The notes under the pieces were generated by a model. It saw only the letters and a list, made by a program, of their open reading frames with translations. It was not told the origin of the DNA and did no database searches. Of a DNA stretch of 64,000 nucleotides, positions 61,166-64,000 are shown in pieces. Where the stretch lies: NCBI RefSeq assembly GCF_044704955.1, contig NC_091987.1:69006001-69070000 (forward strand). Reading direction: 5' to 3'. Numbering within the stretch: the first letter of the stretch is position 1; each line of letters opens with the position of its first letter. Source of the stretch: Pristiophorus japonicus. Its lineage: Eukaryota. The position numbers and the translations under genes are program-made.

Positions 61166-61675
61166 CCGGCATTTGGCGCGGTGGCCCCGACCTGCAAGGA
61201 CCATCAGCAGGTCGGGGCCTTGAAAGGAGCGTACCACTTCAAGGTGCAGCGCGTGCTGGAGAGCGACAGCTGTGAAGAGGCCGACTGGATTGGACGTCAC
61301 CAAGGTCCAGGTCACTGATTGGATCGTGGACAGGTACAGCAGGAGCGGTGATGCTGGAGCGGCGAATGATCATGGAGCAACGTGATCGGGCCCAGGAGAG
61401 GCGTGAGTGCGGGGCCCAGAAGAGGCGAGGGCACAGGGGCAGCACGGGCCAGCCCACACTGCGATATGTGTGCGCACTAGGTCCGTGCAGCGGAGCTGGT
61501 TTTCAGTCCTCTTGGTTAATCCTTGCCACTGGATAAAGGCCTAGCTCTGTCCAGCCCATGTGGTGGCTGGTGTGCAACGGCCACCACACGTTAAAAAAAA
61601 TCCATGCACAGGCATCTTCCACTCAACATGTAGTTCGGGACCTGGAATATTAGGTCCTTCCGCCTATGATGATGC
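61166..61675 (+). mobile_element. Bipartite non-autonomous RTE-related element
   Basis: Homologous to 12156-12851, with a gcctatgatgatg tail. TSD TATCTTCCTA (61156-61165) / TATCTTCTTA (61676-61685). Confidence 0.78.
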
Positions 61676-62508
61676 TATCTTCTTAAAAAAAAGACTTGTA
61701 TTTATATAATGCCATTCATGACCACCGGACATCCTAAAGCACTTTACAGTTAATGAAGTGTTCCTTATACTATAGTTAATGGGCACTTCTGCCTATGTTT
61801 ATTACACTATTACTAAAGGTATAGTTTAATAATTCATGGTTGATGCCGTCCCAGTCACTTATTTCCTTGTTTAAGCATTTCTTGTAGATAATACTCAGCC
61901 ATTAAAAGCAAACAATAAGTCATGCTTTCATCTCATTGGCTTTGCTCCCTTCTTTGGGTGTCTCCACAGGTTCCTCCAGAAGATCATTAGAACTAAAGAA
62001 TTGCTAGACAAAAAAAGACCACGATACATCTAATTCACATTCTACCATCCTAGTAGTCGCATGATACAATGATAAAATTACTCTACAAGAGACCCAGACA
62101 TGAGGTGAAGAAACCCAAACCCCCCAATAGTGGAAAGCTTTGAAAATCATAGGTCCAAGGTCACCTTTTGCTTCCAAGCATGCACATTTACCATATGCTA
62201 TGTTTGAAATTACTCCTATTACATGGGAGTTGCACAACTGAACAGGCTATTGTATTTAATTTATCTCGCCCTACAATTTATGGTGGAGTCAGTGCTGGAA
62301 ATATTGAACTAAACTCCAGCATCCCTTGGGAATCTTCCATTTTACATCTCAAACTGGTTGCTTTCATTGCCATTACATTTTCAGTCATAGAAACTCAGGA
62401 ACAATCCTGTGCTTTCCTCTTTCTTCTTTGTGTGCGTTTGCACATGTGCGTGTTAACTGAATGAAAGCAGCTGTGATGAACATTTTGGTCTTCTGTTATT
62501 TCATGCAG

Positions 62509-62623
62509 CAGTCTCAAGGCAATGCTGCAGGACAATAATGATGGAACTTATCGTCTTACATACACTCCCCGGGTAGCCGGCTCGTATGTAGCATGTGTCT
62601 GTGTGAAGGGACAGCATGTACAG
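62509..62623 (+). CDS. TRIM45: TRIM45 coding exon 4 (filamin repeat)
   Basis: Acceptor ttcatgcag|. In phase 2 it reads (S)SLKAMLQDNNDGTYRLTYTPRVAGSYVACVCVKGQHVQ, containing the filamin DxxDGTY...YTP...G.Y motif. Donor CAG|GTGAGT. Not in the ORF track. Confidence 0.85.
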
Positions 62624-63255
62624 GTGAGTTAACCGGAGATGAAGGTCAGTAAAATGATGACTGAAAAGGGTATAAATTCTATTGGCATATTGCATTAGAT
62701 CACTTGCCTTGTGCCTTTGCGACTTGGGTTTGAATACATCCCTGATAGGCTAGTTAAGAATATTTTCTCTAGATCTTGAAATGCGATGTCCAGTTGTATG
62801 TTTTTGCCCAGAATACATAACTGATTGTAAAATGTACATTTCCCATATACTTTTGGCTCACAAAGTGCAGCAGGGACATTAAATCTGAAGCAGTGTGGTT
62901 TTGGGGTCACTGCTACTGGGAATGAAGTATGTGTTATTTAAGAAATAGGACGCAAAAAATAGGAGCAGGAGTCGGCCATTTGACCCCTCTTCGTTCTCAG
63001 CTGGACTAATTCAGTGAGCTCTTTTACAGCATTGCAACCTTTGCAGCCAGAGAGTAAAAAGCAGCTGGTGTTGTTGCTCCTCCCTCCTAGAAGAAGAAAG
63101 CAGGCAGGATATAAATGTTTTTGTATCTGTGTGACTGAATCATTTGCAGTATCTTGGAACTTTCTCCTAATAAAATCCTGCTCTTGATCTCTCCAAGCAT
63201 TAATCTTCTGAACTGTTGCTGGTTGATTCAAAAATTGGTATGTGTAAATCTCCTT

Positions 63256-63370
63256 GGGGCATAAATTTCCATCTTTGTTAATTTAATGAGAAAGTAGATG
63301 AGAAAAAAAAGTGCTGTACCTGCACTTTTTAACTCACCAAAATTGATGAAGATAGGAATTTCAGTCCCCA
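63256..63370. mobile_element. Very short MITE-like element
   Basis: Imperfect TIR ggggcataaatttccatc ... gataggaatttcagtcccc. Confidence 0.4.
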
Positions 63371-63554
63371 GGGTTTAATTTCTGCTCTTATTTTTTAGCA
63401 CACTGGTTAACATGTTAATCTCTGCGCCAATTAATTCCAGTCAATAATCTATTTATTTTAAAATAGTTAATGCCTGCATTAAAATAGTGCAGACAGGAAG
63501 TTAACAAAAACACACTAACCAGTGCTCCATAATAGTGCAGAGTAATTAACCCCT

Positions 63555-64000
63555 GGGGCTAGAAATGAGTTACAGCTAAGAAATGGGCAATTTTTTTAAA
63601 TTTAAAAAAAAAAAGGTTAAGCTGCGCCACCTGAAAATCATCTAGGATGCCACAAAATTTGTGCTAACTCCTCTAAAATGATTGTAGTCATGATTCTAGT
63701 CTAAAAACTCAAGCTGATTGGCATTGCACTAAAAAGCTGGACCAATATCGGGGGCAGTCTGATTGCAAGTCATGATTGCCACAGGAGAGGTTAATTGATG
63801 CTGTCGCACCTCATTGCCAGGATTGTTGTGTTGTTCAGCTGCCCCAGCAGTAAACCAAACGTAGGAACCATGGCAGACCAGAAACGGAGGGAGAGAGCCC
63901 GTAGCTGCTCCGATGAAGCTCTGAAAGCATTGGTGTTCGCGGTAGAGAAAAGGCAGGTGATCCTGTACCTGCCAACTGCCAGGAGGCTCTCATCCCAACA
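63555..64000 (+). mobile_element. Left end of a Harbinger-like transposon with the start of a Myb/SANT-like ORF
   Basis: Starts with ggggctagaaat. The ATG at 63870 opens MADQKRRERARSCSDEALKALVFAVEKRQVILY..., resembling Harbinger Myb/trihelix N-termini, and runs off the window. Confidence 0.55.

Overview
This is eukaryotic vertebrate DNA, most likely a cartilaginous fish (inferred from the DeuSINE/SacSINE1-like SINEs and very dense CR1, L2 and RTE LINEs). Most of the window is nested transposable elements. One intact host gene is recognisable: the first four coding exons of TRIM45 on the + strand (RING, two B-boxes, coiled coil, filamin repeat; 40482-62623, continuing past the window). On the - strand, not captured by any single ORF, is a decayed immunoglobulin-superfamily gene: a germline-joined V-J exon (12922-13258) followed by part of a C1-set domain (11425-11544). 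Other notable elements: (1) a 5'-deleted endogenous retrovirus (21038-27525) with a spumaviral/ERV-L/SnRV-like pol, a gamma-type env and a -1 frameshift signal; (2) a 2.1 kb non-autonomous Gypsy element with both LTRs and a target-site duplication (TSD); (3) a 1.2 kb solo LTR; (4) Harbinger-type MITEs; (5) an RTE family that makes TSDs up to about 90 bp, has a structured bipartite SINE-like partner, and appears to have moved non-RTE DNA, including a ~560 bp unique segment copied 15 kb downstream. All family assignments come from motif recognition by eye, not from database searches.
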